Shown: positions 19,653 through 30,768 of the stretch, in pieces
How the letters are laid out: the number at the start of each line of letters is the position of its first letter
How positions within the stretch are numbered: position 1 is the stretch's first letter
NCBI GenBank assembly: GCA_963845755.1
Contig: CAWJTV010000047.1
Coordinates: forward strand, 96,001-160,000
Source of the DNA: an uncultured Planctomycetota bacterium
GTDB lineage: Bacteria > Planctomycetota > Planctomycetia > Isosphaerales > Isosphaeraceae
DNA length: 64,000 nucleotides
Reading direction: 5' to 3'
Notes under the pieces: model-generated
Seen by the model: the letters and a program-made list of their open reading frames with translations, nothing else
What the model was told of the DNA's origin: nothing
Database searches by the model: none
Position numbers and translations under genes: made by a program

Positions 19653-22600
19653 TCAATCAAGGACCGGCCGGCCTGCGGCATCCCTCTGGAAAGCCTCCTC
19701 GGCGCGGCGGTGGGGCGGCTGGACCAGGATCTCGATCATCCGGAAGAACCCAGCCCTCTGAAGATTCCGATTCTTGCTCGCCTCGGCGGCGGCGAGCTCG
19801 GCCTCGAAGACGATCTCGGCCTTCTTGAGGTCGACCAGGGCCCAGGCGCGGAGCAAGTCGCGGCCGGCGACCTCGGCGAGCTTGGCGGGATCCAGTCCGC
19901 TGCGGGCCTCGAGTTGCTGGAGCAGCACGCGGGCCGCGCCAGGGTTGACCAGTGCCAGGCGGGCCGCGGCGATCGTAGACGCTCGGATCTGCCAGGCGGG
20001 ATCCTGGAAGCCGGAGCCGAACGGGTTGAGCCGGGTCGTCATCACCCGCATGATCACGCTGTTCATGTCGGGATAGCCGATCAGCCGGGCGGCGTCGGCC
20101 ATCCGTGCGGCGGACGCCGTCGCGCCGCCGGAATTGATCGAGCTCTCGTATCGTTCAAGGTGGTCGACCGGCGAGGCCAGGGCGCGGTCGATCAGGGCGA
20201 AGGCGCGCGGCCGGTCGCGTGGGGCGATCGCCATGGCCAGCCAGGCAAACGCCTCGGCCCGCGCATGGTCGGCCATGAAGCTTTTCATCCCATCGATCAC
20301 GCGGATCGCCTCGTCTGTACGGTCGGCACCGATCCGGCTGGCGATCTCCGTCCTGGCATGATCGGGATACGGCCCGTTGCCAACCATCGCGTCGGCCAGG
20401 GCGACGGCCCGGTCTGTATCTTTCTCGGCGATCGCGGCGGCGACGAAACCGGTGTAACGGTCCTTGGAATCGGTCGATTCGACGAGCGCCAGGGCGCGAT
20501 TGGCATCGAACGGAGCCAGCGCCCTGGCGACGACACCGCGCGTATAGCCGTCCATGACCCTGGTCCCCAGGTGCGCGGCGGCCTCAGCGGCCTCGTCGAT
20601 CAGCTTTAGACCCGCCTCGGCGCGACCGAGCCGGATGAGGACCGTCCCGGCCCGGGCCAGCGCGGCGGCGCCGTTGGGCTGCTGGAGCGCGCGGGCGCGG
20701 ACGACCGCCTCCTCGGCGAAGAGCAGGGACTTCTTTGGATCGGTCGGCGCGAACCGGTCGGCCAGCCGCTGCAAGGTGTACTGGCTCTCGCTCGGAGCGG
20801 CCGGGGCCAGCATCGCCAGCGCCTCCGGGCCGTCCTGCTCGGCGAGCATCTCGGCCGCCGCCTGGCGGACCCGCCCGTCATAACGATGTCCGTGCTGGGC
20901 CGACCGTTGCAAGGCGAGCTCCGGGTCGATCCGGGCCATGTCCGGGATGCAGGACGATGCACCGTTTTGCTCGGCGTTCTCACCGAATTTGTCCCAGAGC
21001 CGGATCAGGATCCGCCGGGCGAAGGCCCGCTGATCTTCGAAGGTCGCCGTCGCGTCGGGCTTCCAGACGGGGGGCGGCTCCGTCGTCTTGTGCATCGTGA
21101 CGGTCAGCTCGCCGCCTTCGGCTTCGGCCTTTTCGCCGGTGAAGCGGTAACCGTCCTTGCGAGCGAACGCGTACTTGACCCCCGGGAACAGGCCCTCGAG
21201 CCGGAACCGGCCCTGGTCGTCGGTCAGGGCCTCGACCGCTCTGGGACCATCGCCGCGATTGAAGACCGTCGCGCTGGCGATGGGCCGGCCGTCGGAGCCG
21301 ACCACGCGGCCAGCGAGGTAGCCGTCGATCCCGGTCAGGACGATCGAGCCGACGAGGTGCGTCTCGCCGGCCTTGCCGGTGACTTCGGGCACCTCGGCCT
21401 TGCCCCGGCCCGGCGCCTCGATGACGACCTTGTACCGATCGCCCGGCCAGAGGTCCCGGAAAACGAACCAGCCGGCCTTGGAGGTCGTGAACGACTCCAG
21501 CATCCCGCTGATCCCCTTGCCCAGCGCATCCGGCTTCCCGCTGACGAATTGGCGCGACCACCAGAGCTGGGCCCTGGCCTCCGCGATCGGCTTGCCCGAG
21601 GGGTCGGTCACTTGCCCTCGAATCCGGAACGCGAACTTCGGGTCGATCGTGAGCTTGAGCTTCCCATCGACCAGCCTCGGCGTGATCACAATGGTGCCGT
21701 CGGTCGTCGCCTCCTTGGTCCGGGCGCGAAGGGGGATCGTGTCGTTGGGGTCGAGCTGCTCGAGGTGGAACGTGCCGCCGGGTCCGGTCTGGATCCTGGT
21801 CCCGCCAAAGCCGAACCCCCGGGGATTGGGCGCGGTCACGACGACTTCGGCCCCGACGACCGGCTGACCGTCCGCATCAACGACCACACCGTCGAGCTCG
21901 GTCGCGCGGTGGAGCTTCAGGTCGGGCCAGGTCCGGTCGGCCGTGATTTCCAGCCTGGGGCATTCGTGCGACCAGAGTCCCAGATAGGTCTTCGGTAGCG
22001 TCGAGGGCTGCACCTGGATGTTCCCCGGCGGCGCCTCGATCGTGTAACGGCCGTCGGCGTCGGTCTTGGCCTGACCGATGAAAAAGAGGGAATTCTGAGG
22101 GGTGAGCAGTGTGGAGCGGAGGCCAATCCCCGGGATGCCCTTGCCTGTCTGTGCGTCGAGAATCCGCCCCGTGATCGTCACGAGCCGATGGACCGGCATG
22201 CCGACCCGGGCGACGGCCTTCGGTCCGACCTCGACCTCCTGGGCCTCCTCGGTTGCTGAGCGGGAACTGCCGTCGAGGACGGGAATGACCTCATAGCGGC
22301 CCGGTGGCACGTCGTCGAACCGGAACGCGCCATCCTGATCGGCGAGGACGGTCTGAGAGTAATACATCTGGAACGGGGCCGAGCCGCGATCCTCGCGCGT
22401 ATCTTGCGGCGCAACGAGACCGAGAGCTTCCCCGAGCGCCCGCGATCATCGGGCGGCTTCAGCCGGCCTTCGATCCGCCCGAGCCGTCCATCGAGGACGA
22501 TCGACACGGGCCGGGAGGCATCCCAGGAAATCGTGGGCTTTCCGAAACCTGGGGCGGAGATCCTCGCGTCGACCCGGCAGCCCGGCGGGATGCCGTCGAG

Positions 22601-23197
22601 TGCGAACGAGCCGTCCGGGGCGGTTTTGGTTCGGAACGGCCCGGCCAGTTCGGGGCTGAGCCGGAGGAGATCTTGCCCCGGGTGTTCCTCCGCGCGCCGG
22701 CCGAGGCTCAACGGCATGACCTCGGCGCCGGCGATCGGCCGGCCGGATTGATCGTTCAACCGGCCCCGGACCTGGCCGACGGGGCCCAGGACGAGCGTGA
22801 CCTCATGTCCATTTGTGTGAATGAACCAGATGCTGCTCCGCCAGCCGATCCGCCCATCGCCGACGCGGGCGAACACGTTGAGGAAACGAGAAGGTTGAGG
22901 GCCGGCGGGTCCCCAGGCGCGCGGAAACACGAAGTAGCCCCGGTCGGCGGAGGTCGTGGTCGCGATCGTCTCAGGTGCCTCCCAATCGCCACCGATGGCC
23001 CAGATCTTGGCTCCGGGGACTCCCACGCCGGCCTTGTCCACGACCCGCCCGGAGAGGTCCTCCGCCTGCGCCGCGCAGGGGCGCGGAAATCCGCAAGCCA
23101 GCCCGGCCAGGCCCAGCACGACGACTGCCAGACGAGCCGCGCCTGCATGAGCCCGCGGGCGAACGTCAGGAAGTCGCACGATTGGAGAAACCGACAT
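19653..23197 (-). CDS. Secreted protein with multiple carboxypeptidase-regulatory-like (beta-sandwich) repeats and a helical C-terminus; apparent frameshift near 22385
   Basis: Signal-like N-terminus; repeated GRVVD..G.P..GA.V ... TD..G.F motifs across ORFs 22178..23251 and 19653..22367. Confidence 0.75.
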
Positions 23198-23266
23198 ATT
23201 CCGGCCTCCCGATTGAAGTAACCGTAGGTCGGGCTGTCCAGCCTGACCCACTTTCCAGCCGCTATC

Positions 23267-23570
23267 CTAACGCGGCCTCCGGCCGCAACCCAAGAGGGAT
23301 TCCCGATTCGAGATTCCGGATTCCCGAAGAGGAATGATTCCGGAATCGGGAATCGCGAATCCGGAATTCGGAATCCCCAAAGGCGCGCACGGCGCAAGGG
23401 ATCCTACGGGGGAGAACTCTAACGCGGCCTCCGGCCGCAACCCAAGAGGGATTCCCGATTCGAGATTCCGGATTCCCGAAGAGGAATGGATCCGGAATCG
23501 GGAATCGCGAATCCGGAATTCGGAATCCCCAGATGCGCGCACGGCGCGGGGAGCCTACAGAGGAAGACAC
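23267..23570. repeat. Two tandem copies (152-bp period) of composite palindromic repeat family A
   Basis: Units start CTAACGCGGCCTCCGGCCGCAACCC at 23267 and 23419; GATTCNN heptamers followed by GAATCNN heptamers. Confidence 0.92.
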
Positions 23571-23572
23571 GA

Positions 23573-24589
23573 TCAGCGCCGGGCCGTCTCGGCATGCTGG
23601 TAGACAGCCCGGGTGATGTCCGCCACGAGCTTGTGGGCCCGCGGTGGCTCCTTGATCCCGCGCGTCAGGACGACCAGGACAAACGGCTTTCCCCGGGCCG
23701 GCTCGACGATCGCCGCGTCGTGATAGACCTGCCCGAACGCCCCGGTCTTGTGCGCGACGGTGACGCCCTTGGGCAGCCCGGCGGGGATTCCCTCGGCGAA
23801 CTTCTGACCGCGCAGAATCGCGATCATCTCCTCGGAAGCCTTCATGGAGACGACCTTCCGTTCGGCCAACTGCTTGAGGATCTGCATGAGGCCGCGCGGC
23901 GTGAGCGTGTTACTGAGCCCCCGCGCATACGCCTGATTGTCCTCGACGCCGCGCAGGACCCGGATGTTCTTGGCTCCGAGCTGCTTCATGTATTCCGAAG
24001 TCCGGGCCGCGCCGACTCGCTCCACGAGCATATTCGTGGCGACATTGCTGCTCTCGGTGATCATCAGCCGCATGAGCTCCCGGATGGTCAACCGCTCGCC
24101 CAGCCGCCGATAGAGGCCCGTCTCGGAGTCGTCCTCGACCTTGAGCAAGAACGGCTTCCCGTCGACGATGCTGGTAAATTCTTTTTTTACCGCCATTCGG
24201 TCGTCCAGGGAGAGCGTCTTATCCTCGGCCTGGCGAAACACCTCCATCATGACCGGCACCTTCATCGTGCTGGCCGCGTGAAACGTGTCATCCGCATGAT
24301 TGAGCAATTCCTCACCGGTCGCCAGGTCGTGGTAGGCCACGCCGACCTCTTCGGCGCCAGCAACGCGGATCAGCGCCTCGACGGCCTTGGTCAGAGCCTC
24401 GAGGCCGTTCGTGGGCTTGGCGGCATCTTGCTCGCTCGACCATCCCACGCGCGGCCCACAGCCGAGCCACGCCGACAGGACGCCGAGGCATACCCTGCGC
24501 GTCACAGAGGGCGGGTCGATCGAACGGTCCGACCGGGGAAACTCGTCGTTCGTTGGAGCAGTCGTATGGCGGATCTCGGAGCCAAGCAT
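23573..24589 (-). CDS. Serine hydrolase, class A beta-lactamase-like; start uncertain
   Basis: AASTMK (SxxK), ESSN (SxN), HKTG; possible twin-Arg signal TRRVCL. Confidence 0.85.
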   Translation of the reverse strand: MLGSEIRHTTAPTNDEFPRSDRSIDPPSVTRRVCLGVLSAWLGCGPRVGWSSEQDAAKPTNGLEALTKAVEALIRVAGAEEVGVAYHDLATGEELLNHADDTFHAASTMKVPVMMEVFRQAEDKTLSLDDRMAVKKEFTSIVDGKPFLLKVEDDSETGLYRRLGERLTIRELMRLMITESSNVATNMLVERVGAARTSEYMKQLGAKNIRVLRGVEDNQAYARGLSNTLTPRGLMQILKQLAERKVVSMKASEEMIAILRGQKFAEGIPAGLPKGVTVAHKTGAFGQVYHDAAIVEPARGKPFVLVVLTRGIKEPPRAHKLVADITRAVYQHAETARR

Positions 24590-24807
24590 GGGCAATCCTT
24601 CAAGAAACCGGATGACCGTGTCGCTGGTAACCACCGTTCACCTCGCGATCGAGGTCGATCGGATCGACCGAGGTCTTCCTCGATCGTATCAGACCGTTGC
24701 GCGAAGTCGACGAGTGATTGCTCCGAGACATCGGAGGACCGGGGTCAACCGCTGGTGACAACGCACGTGAGTGTGTGCTTCGAACCGGACTTCGCGTGCG
24801 GGATGGC

Positions 24808-27800
24808 TCAGGGTTGATCGCCCAAAGCCTTCGTCGAGAGCGCCTCGACGTCCTCCCACAGGCCACGCCAGGCCGGGCGTTCTCCCTCCGGGAGCTTCGC
24901 CAGGCTTGCCGGTTCGCGCAGGCCCGCCAGGGCGGGATCGGTCTTCCAGTTCTCCAGGGCCTGGCGCACCATGCCGCGTCTCTCGGGCTCGCACTGATCG
25001 AGCGTTCTGGACCAGGTCCGAACCTCGCCACGGAGCCAGCCGAGCGCCTGGCCGCGAAGCCTGGCCCGTGCGGCTTCATCCGTCGGTGGAACATCTTTGC
25101 CCAGGCCGCAGCCGGCCAGTGCGGCGTTGCGGGCGGCGAAGTAGGCGTGGCCGGCATGGCGGTCGTCTGCCAGCTTGGGCTCGGCCCGCAGGGCATCGGC
25201 GTAGAGCCGGGCTGCTGCGGCGTGGCGGCGCATCTCGGAGCAGATCCGAGCGAACTCCAGGCATTCGGAAGGGTCCGTGGGGATGTTGTCTCCCTCGAGC
25301 ACGGCCAGCAGCCTGCGCGACAGGACCACCGCGCGCTCGGCATCGCGGACCCACTGGCCCGAGGGATAACGCCAGTCGGGCCGACTCGAGCCGAGCTGGT
25401 GCCCCGCGCGGAGCTCGGCGAGAGCTTCCTCGAATCTCCCCTGCGCCCGGAGCACTCGACCCAGGTTGCAGTGGGCGTCGGCCCGGCTGGGCTCGAGCTT
25501 CAGGGCCGCCCGGAGTTCGGCCTCGGACTCGGCCAGTTCCCCCCGGCGTTGCAAGCCGACAGCGAGGTTGGAGTGGGCCTCGGCATCGTCGGGCCGGAGC
25601 CGGATGGCGGTGCGGAACTCGGCGATGGCCTCCGTCAGCTTCCCCAGGTGCCCCAGGGCGATGCCGAGGCCGGTGTGGGCCTGGACGTCGTCGGGCCGGA
25701 GGCGGACGGCCGTGCGGAGGCGCATCGACACCGCCGTGGTAGTCACGCTGGGCGTTGCACAGGAGCGAGCCCAGGTTGACGTAGGAGCTCGCGTCGTCGG
25801 GGCGGAGGCGGACGGCCGTGCGGAACTCGGCGATCGCCTCGGCCAGCTTCCCCCGGGACCGCAGCGCCACGCCGAGGTTGGCGTGGGTCCGGGCGTCGCC
25901 GGGCCGGAGGCGGATGGCGGTCCGATACGCGGCGATCGCCCCCGCCAAATCCCCCCGAAGTTGCAGGGCGTTGCCGAGGTTGTCGTAAGCACGCCCGTCG
26001 TCGGGCCGGAGCCGGATGGCGGTGCGGAATTCGGCGATCGCCTCGGCCAGCTCCCCCCGAAACTGCAGGGCGACGCCGAGGTTCATGTGGGCGTCCGGAG
26101 CCTCGGGCCGGAGGCGGACGGCGGTGCGGAGCGCGGCGACCGCGCCGTCGTAGTCGTGCTCGGCGTCGATCAGGATCGCGCCGAGGTTGGAGTAGGCCTG
26201 GGCGTCGTCGGGCCGGAGCCGGATGGCGGTGCGGACCTCGGCGGTCGCCTCCGCCAGCTTCCCCGCGGCGGTCAGGGCGAGGGCGAGGCCGGTATGGGCA
26301 TCGGCGTCGTCGGGGCGGAGGCGGACGGCCCCACGCAGGATCGCGACCCCCTTGGCCGCGGCCGCCAGCGAACCGGGGCGATCGCCTCGTTCCCGCAGCA
26401 GTTCACTGTAATGGGCGTAGTTGCGGCCATCGTCGGGACGCCGTCGCAACAGGTCCTCGAACACCGCGAGCGCCTCGTCCGAGTCCCCGGAGTCTTTCAG
26501 CGCAATGGCCAGGGCGAGCGCCGTCTCGGGCCGGAGGGCGCGGGCGATGGAATAGTGGCGGATCGCCTCCTCGCGACGCGACCGGCCCTCCAGGACGCGA
26601 GCCAGGTCGTAGTTGAGCCAAACGTCCTCCGGGAACCTCCGCCGGCCGGCCCGCAGCACGTGGTCCGCCGCCTCCGACTCCCCGGCTTCAGAGAGGGCCG
26701 TGCCCAGGAGATCCAGGTCGACCGCGGGCAGGGCCTCCAGCTTCGCGGACGCGGCGATGGTCCGGAGCGCCTTGCCCCGCGATGCCCGGTCGGCCAGGTC
26801 GAGCGCGCGGCGGAGCCCGACCCGCCAGGGGGCCGGATCGACGGCATTCGCGACCTCGGCGAGCCGCAGCGCCCCAGCTTGATCGTGGCGCAGCGATCGT
26901 CGCACCGAGGCCCAGTCGTCCAGCGCCGCGGTCAGCGCCCCGGCCACGGCCGCGGGTCGGGCCTTGATCCCGGTGCCCGCCTCGGCCGGCGGTGGTCCCG
27001 CGACGTCGATCCCGGCGTCCCGGAAGGCCCGGGCGTAATCCGCGTCGGTCCGCGAGCCGTCGGAGTCGTCGGCCTTGGCCGAGCGGATATCGACCAGCTT
27101 CTCCAGGAGCTTCCGGTCGGCCCTCTCGCCCCGGGCAGCCGCCTCGGCCGCTTGCTTGTCGGCCGTGATGTCGGCCAGCAGCGACTCGACCTGCGCCGCC
27201 AGCACCGGGTCGGAACGCGGCTCGAGGAGGCCCATGGCCTTGTCGGCAGCGGCCAGAGCCTCGACCCAGGGTGTCAAGTCGCCGGCCGCCGCCCGTTGGG
27301 CCTGGCCCTTCAACCGCGTGGCCTCCTGCAACGCCGCGTTGACGCGGGCCGAGATCAACCCCCTCTGCCGGATCCGGTCCAACTCCACCCACCGCCAGCC
27401 GGCGACGCCGAGCGCAGTCGCGATCAAGACCGTGGCGGCCAGACCTGCGGTCATCCGTCGCGCCCGCCCCTCGGCCCGCGCCCGCCCCTCGGCCGCCGCG
27501 GCGGTTGCCCGCGCCTCCTCGGCTCGGGCCGCCTCGGCCGCCCGGGCCTGCTCGGCCTCGCGGATCCGCCGGTGGACGCCGTCGAGGTACACTTGCATGC
27601 GGTCGGCGACCACCTGGGCATCGCGCGGGCGGTCGTCCCAGGCGGGGGCCAGGCAGGCCCGCGCCAGGCGGACCAGCTCGTCGTCCGCGCCGCAGGTCGC
27701 CAGCCGGGCGAAGGCGCCCGAGAGGTCGGCCCGGCGGGCCGATCGCAGGACCTCGTCCGAGGAGCGGCCGGTGAACGCCGGGTGGCCCGTGAGGATCTCG

Positions 27801-28946
27801 CACAGGATCGACCCCAGCGCGAAGACGTCGGCCCGCTCGTCCACCCGCTCGATCTGCCCGTCGGCCTGCTCGGGGGCCATGTAGGAGGGCGTGCCCAGGA
27901 CGCTCCCCGCGCGCGAGCGGTCGACATCCGAGTCGCTCCGCGCCGTCGCGACGACCCTCTCCCGCTCGTCGCCGTCTCCAACCTCCGGATCGTCGGCGTC
28001 GCCGCCGCGGGGCAGGACCTTGGCCAGGCCCCAGTCCATCACCTGCACCTCGCCGAACGGCCCCACCATGATGTTCGACGGCTTGAGGTCACGGTGGACG
28101 ACGCCCCGCGCATGGGCGTAGGCCACCGTCTGGGCCACCCGGAGGAACGTCTCCAGGAACCGGGGCAGCTCGGATGAGGGAGCCGTCCGCGCGGCCAGCA
28201 GCCCGGCGAGGGTGTGGCCCTTGACCAGCTTCATCGTGAAGTAGGGCCGCGCGTCGCCGAAGACGCCCAGCTCATACACCGGGACGATTCCGGGATGCTG
28301 GAGTTGGCCTCCGATCTGCGCCTCTTCGACGAAGCGCCGGATCAGGTCGGGCCGATGGTGATGCTCCTCGAGCAGGACCTTGACGGCCAGGTCGCGGCCG
28401 AGATCGGGATCGCGCCCCTTGAGCACGACCCCCATCGCGCCGCGGGCGATCTCGCCCAGCAGTTGCACCCGCGCCGGGCGGTCCGCCGACACGGGCCGTT
28501 CGGCCGACGATGGCCGGACCGTCGGGGCCTCGGCGCCACCCCGGATGTCGCCCAGCAGGACGCGTGGCAGGGGGCCGGCCGAGCGGTCGAGGGTCTCGAG
28601 CACGCGGCCTCCGGGGTGAGGCCAGTTCGCGCCGGATGGACCGGTGTCGGTCCAGGGCTGCGCCTCGGCGAAGGCCTCGTGGATGAGCGAGGGGTGAGCC
28701 GGGAAACGGTCCAGGTAGTCGCCCGCCGTCGGCGTCTCGCCGCGGCGCCGGCGGTGGGCAACCTCGACCGCCAGCGCGTGTCGGAGCAGTTCATCCCGGT
28801 CATCGGCGCCGGCCGTTGGCGAGCCAGTTTTCCAGGGGAGTCGGGGAGCCGGCGACCCACCCGTCCTCGAACGACTCGATGAGGCGGAGGATGCACAGAT
28901 CGTGGTTGCCGTCGTCGCCTGACACATTCGAATCGGGGCGGACCAT
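24808..28946 (-). CDS. Ser/Thr protein kinase with TPR repeats; apparent frameshifts near 28810 and 25725
   Basis: IARGAMGVV, HRDLKPSN, DWGLAK, GTPSYMAPEQ; many 34-aa TPR units (AIAEFRTAIRLRPDD..AY.NLG). Confidence 0.9.
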
Positions 28947-28996
28947 GGCGAGCCTCGAGTGGCAAGAGTGGCGGTTCGCGGCCGGGTGGATGGTGG

Positions 28997-29635
28997 TCAG
29001 GAGTCCTCCGGCTCGTCGTCCAGCGCGACCACGTCCCGCAGGTGGGGACCCAGGAGGCTCCGGATCGTCCGCAGCTTCAGCTCCACGGTTCGCTCGACGC
29101 GGCCGATCTCCACGGCGATCTCGGCATTCGAATAACCCTCGATCCGCATCGCCAGGACGCGGCGGAGGTCGTCGGGCAGGACGTCCAGCAGGCGGTCGAA
29201 CTCCTCCCGAGCGGCGGCCTCCTCGTCCGGGGCTCGGTTGCGGAAGTCGACCGGCTCGGCCGGGCCGAGATGGTCGCCGACGAGTTGCTCGCGGCGGACG
29301 TCCCGTCGCCCGGCGCGGTGGCGGTCGGCCGTGTTGGCGATCTTGTAGAGCGTGAACCGGACCAGGCGCCGCCAGAGCTCGACCCGGTCGCGGGGCGGGC
29401 CGTTCGGCCCGGGACCAGCCGCGAAATAGTCGGCAAACAGGCTTTGCATCACATCCTCGAGTCCCGCCCGCCGGAGGATCCGCGGATCGAGCCGACGTCG
29501 CACGATCGTCGCGATCCGGTCCGAGAAGCGAAGCCACATCTGTCGGGCCGCTTCGTCCCTCCGGATTGGGTCCGGCGAATACACCTCGTGGGCCAGCCGC
29601 GTCAGCGATCCATCCAGGTTCACATCGGGTTCCAT
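28997..29635 (-). CDS. ECF-type sigma factor
   Basis: EDVMQSLF, LWRRLVRFT..KI, EGYSNAEIA.EIGRVERTVELKL; directly upstream of the kinase. Confidence 0.87.
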   Translation of the reverse strand: MEPDVNLDGSLTRLAHEVYSPDPIRRDEAARQMWLRFSDRIATIVRRRLDPRILRRAGLEDVMQSLFADYFAAGPGPNGPPRDRVELWRRLVRFTLYKIANTADRHRAGRRDVRREQLVGDHLGPAEPVDFRNRAPDEEAAAREEFDRLLDVLPDDLRRVLAMRIEGYSNAEIAVEIGRVERTVELKLRTIRSLLGPHLRDVVALDDEPEDS

Positions 29636-29798
29636 GGGACCGGTTCCTGTGCGATCGTCGGGTGCCGGCCTCGCGCGAAGCACGTCGGCGCGCAATGCCC
29701 GCTTGTTCCAGTGGGATTTGGCGGCCGCAGCCCGAAATTCGGGGCCGAATCCATCCATCGCGGCGCGAAGAGCCCATCCGCGTGGGCTGTCCTCCATC

Positions 29799-30380
29799 CT
29801 AACGCGGCCTTCGGCCGCAACCCAATCGGGATTCCCGATTCGCGATTCCCGATTCCCGAAGGGGAATGATTCCAGAATCGGGAATCTCGAATCCGGAATC
29901 CCCAGATGCGCAGGCGGCAGGGATCCTACGGAGGACGACTCTAACGCGGCCATCGGCCGCAACCCAATCGGGATTCCCGATTCGCGATTCCGGATTCCCG
30001 AAGGGGAATGATTCCAGAATCGGGAATCTCGAATCCGGAATCCCCAGATGCGCACGGCGCAGGGATCCTACGGAGGACGACTCTGACGCGGCCTTCGGCC
30101 GCAACCCCATCGGGATTCCCGATTCGCGATTCCCGATTCCCGAAGGGGAATGATCCGGGAATTCGGAATCGCGAATCGGGAATCCCCAGATGCGCACGGC
30201 GCAGGGATCCTACGGAGGACGACTCTGACGCGGCCTTCGGCCGCAACCCCATCGGGATTCCCGATTCGCGATTCCGGATTCCCGAAGGGGAATGATCCGG
30301 GAATCCGGAATCGCGAATCCGGAATTCGGAATCCCCAGAGGCGCGCAGGGCGCAAGGGATCCTACGGAAGACGACTCTAA
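29799..30380. repeat. Four tandem copies (142, 142, 142, 152 bp) of repeat family A
   Basis: Unit starts CTAA/CTGA-CGCGGCC at 29799, 29941, 30083, 30225; array closes with CTAA at 30377. Confidence 0.93.
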
Positions 30381-30422
30381 GAGCGGCCAATCGACGCGGT
30401 CAACCCCTCGGCGGCGATCGGA

Positions 30423-30542
30423 TCAGAGTCTGTTCCGGAAAGGCGAGCGGGGGGCGTCAGCCCCCTGTCATCGAGGGCCGTCACTCGCCGGACAGGGGGC
30501 TGACGCCCCCCGCTCGCCAGGACCTGCCCCTTCCGGAACAGA
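30423..30542. repeat. Nested inverted repeat (REP/MITE-like)
   Basis: Outer TCTGTTCCGGAA/TTCCGGAACAGA; inner perfect GGCGAGCGGGGGGCGTCAGCCCCCTGTC and its reverse complement. Confidence 0.85.
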
Positions 30543-30768
30543 TTGTCCGTCCGTCGCGACCGGCCCGACTGCCCAGGCCGATGGGATCCCCGAACCAGGA
30601 CCTCAAGAATCGGTTTCGGGCATCGCGGCCGGATTCCCATACCACCGGAACCGGAGCCGCAGCCCCCAGGCTGTCAACGAGAGTCACCCCACGCTCCGGG
30701 CGAGCAACGCATTCATCGACAATTCGATGCAATTGCACACCCTTTGTCGTGCAGCGGGAGGCTACACC

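Noticed and set aside
23573..24589. Bona fide antibiotic-resistance beta-lactamase
   Set aside because: The motifs support only the serine hydrolase fold; substrate cannot be inferred and there is no mobile context.
25466..28177. 903-aa plus-strand ORF and similar long antisense ORFs elsewhere
   Set aside because: Shadows of real genes, expected in high-GC DNA; no recognisable motifs.
29799..30380. Possible CRISPR array
   Set aside because: Units are 142-152 bp and near-identical along their whole length, with no unique spacers and no cas genes in the window.
23262..30390. Short ORFs with GIPDSRFRIP / GIRNRES repeats
   Set aside because: They are translations of the heptameric DNA repeat, open in several frames on both strands; there is no sign of coding selection.
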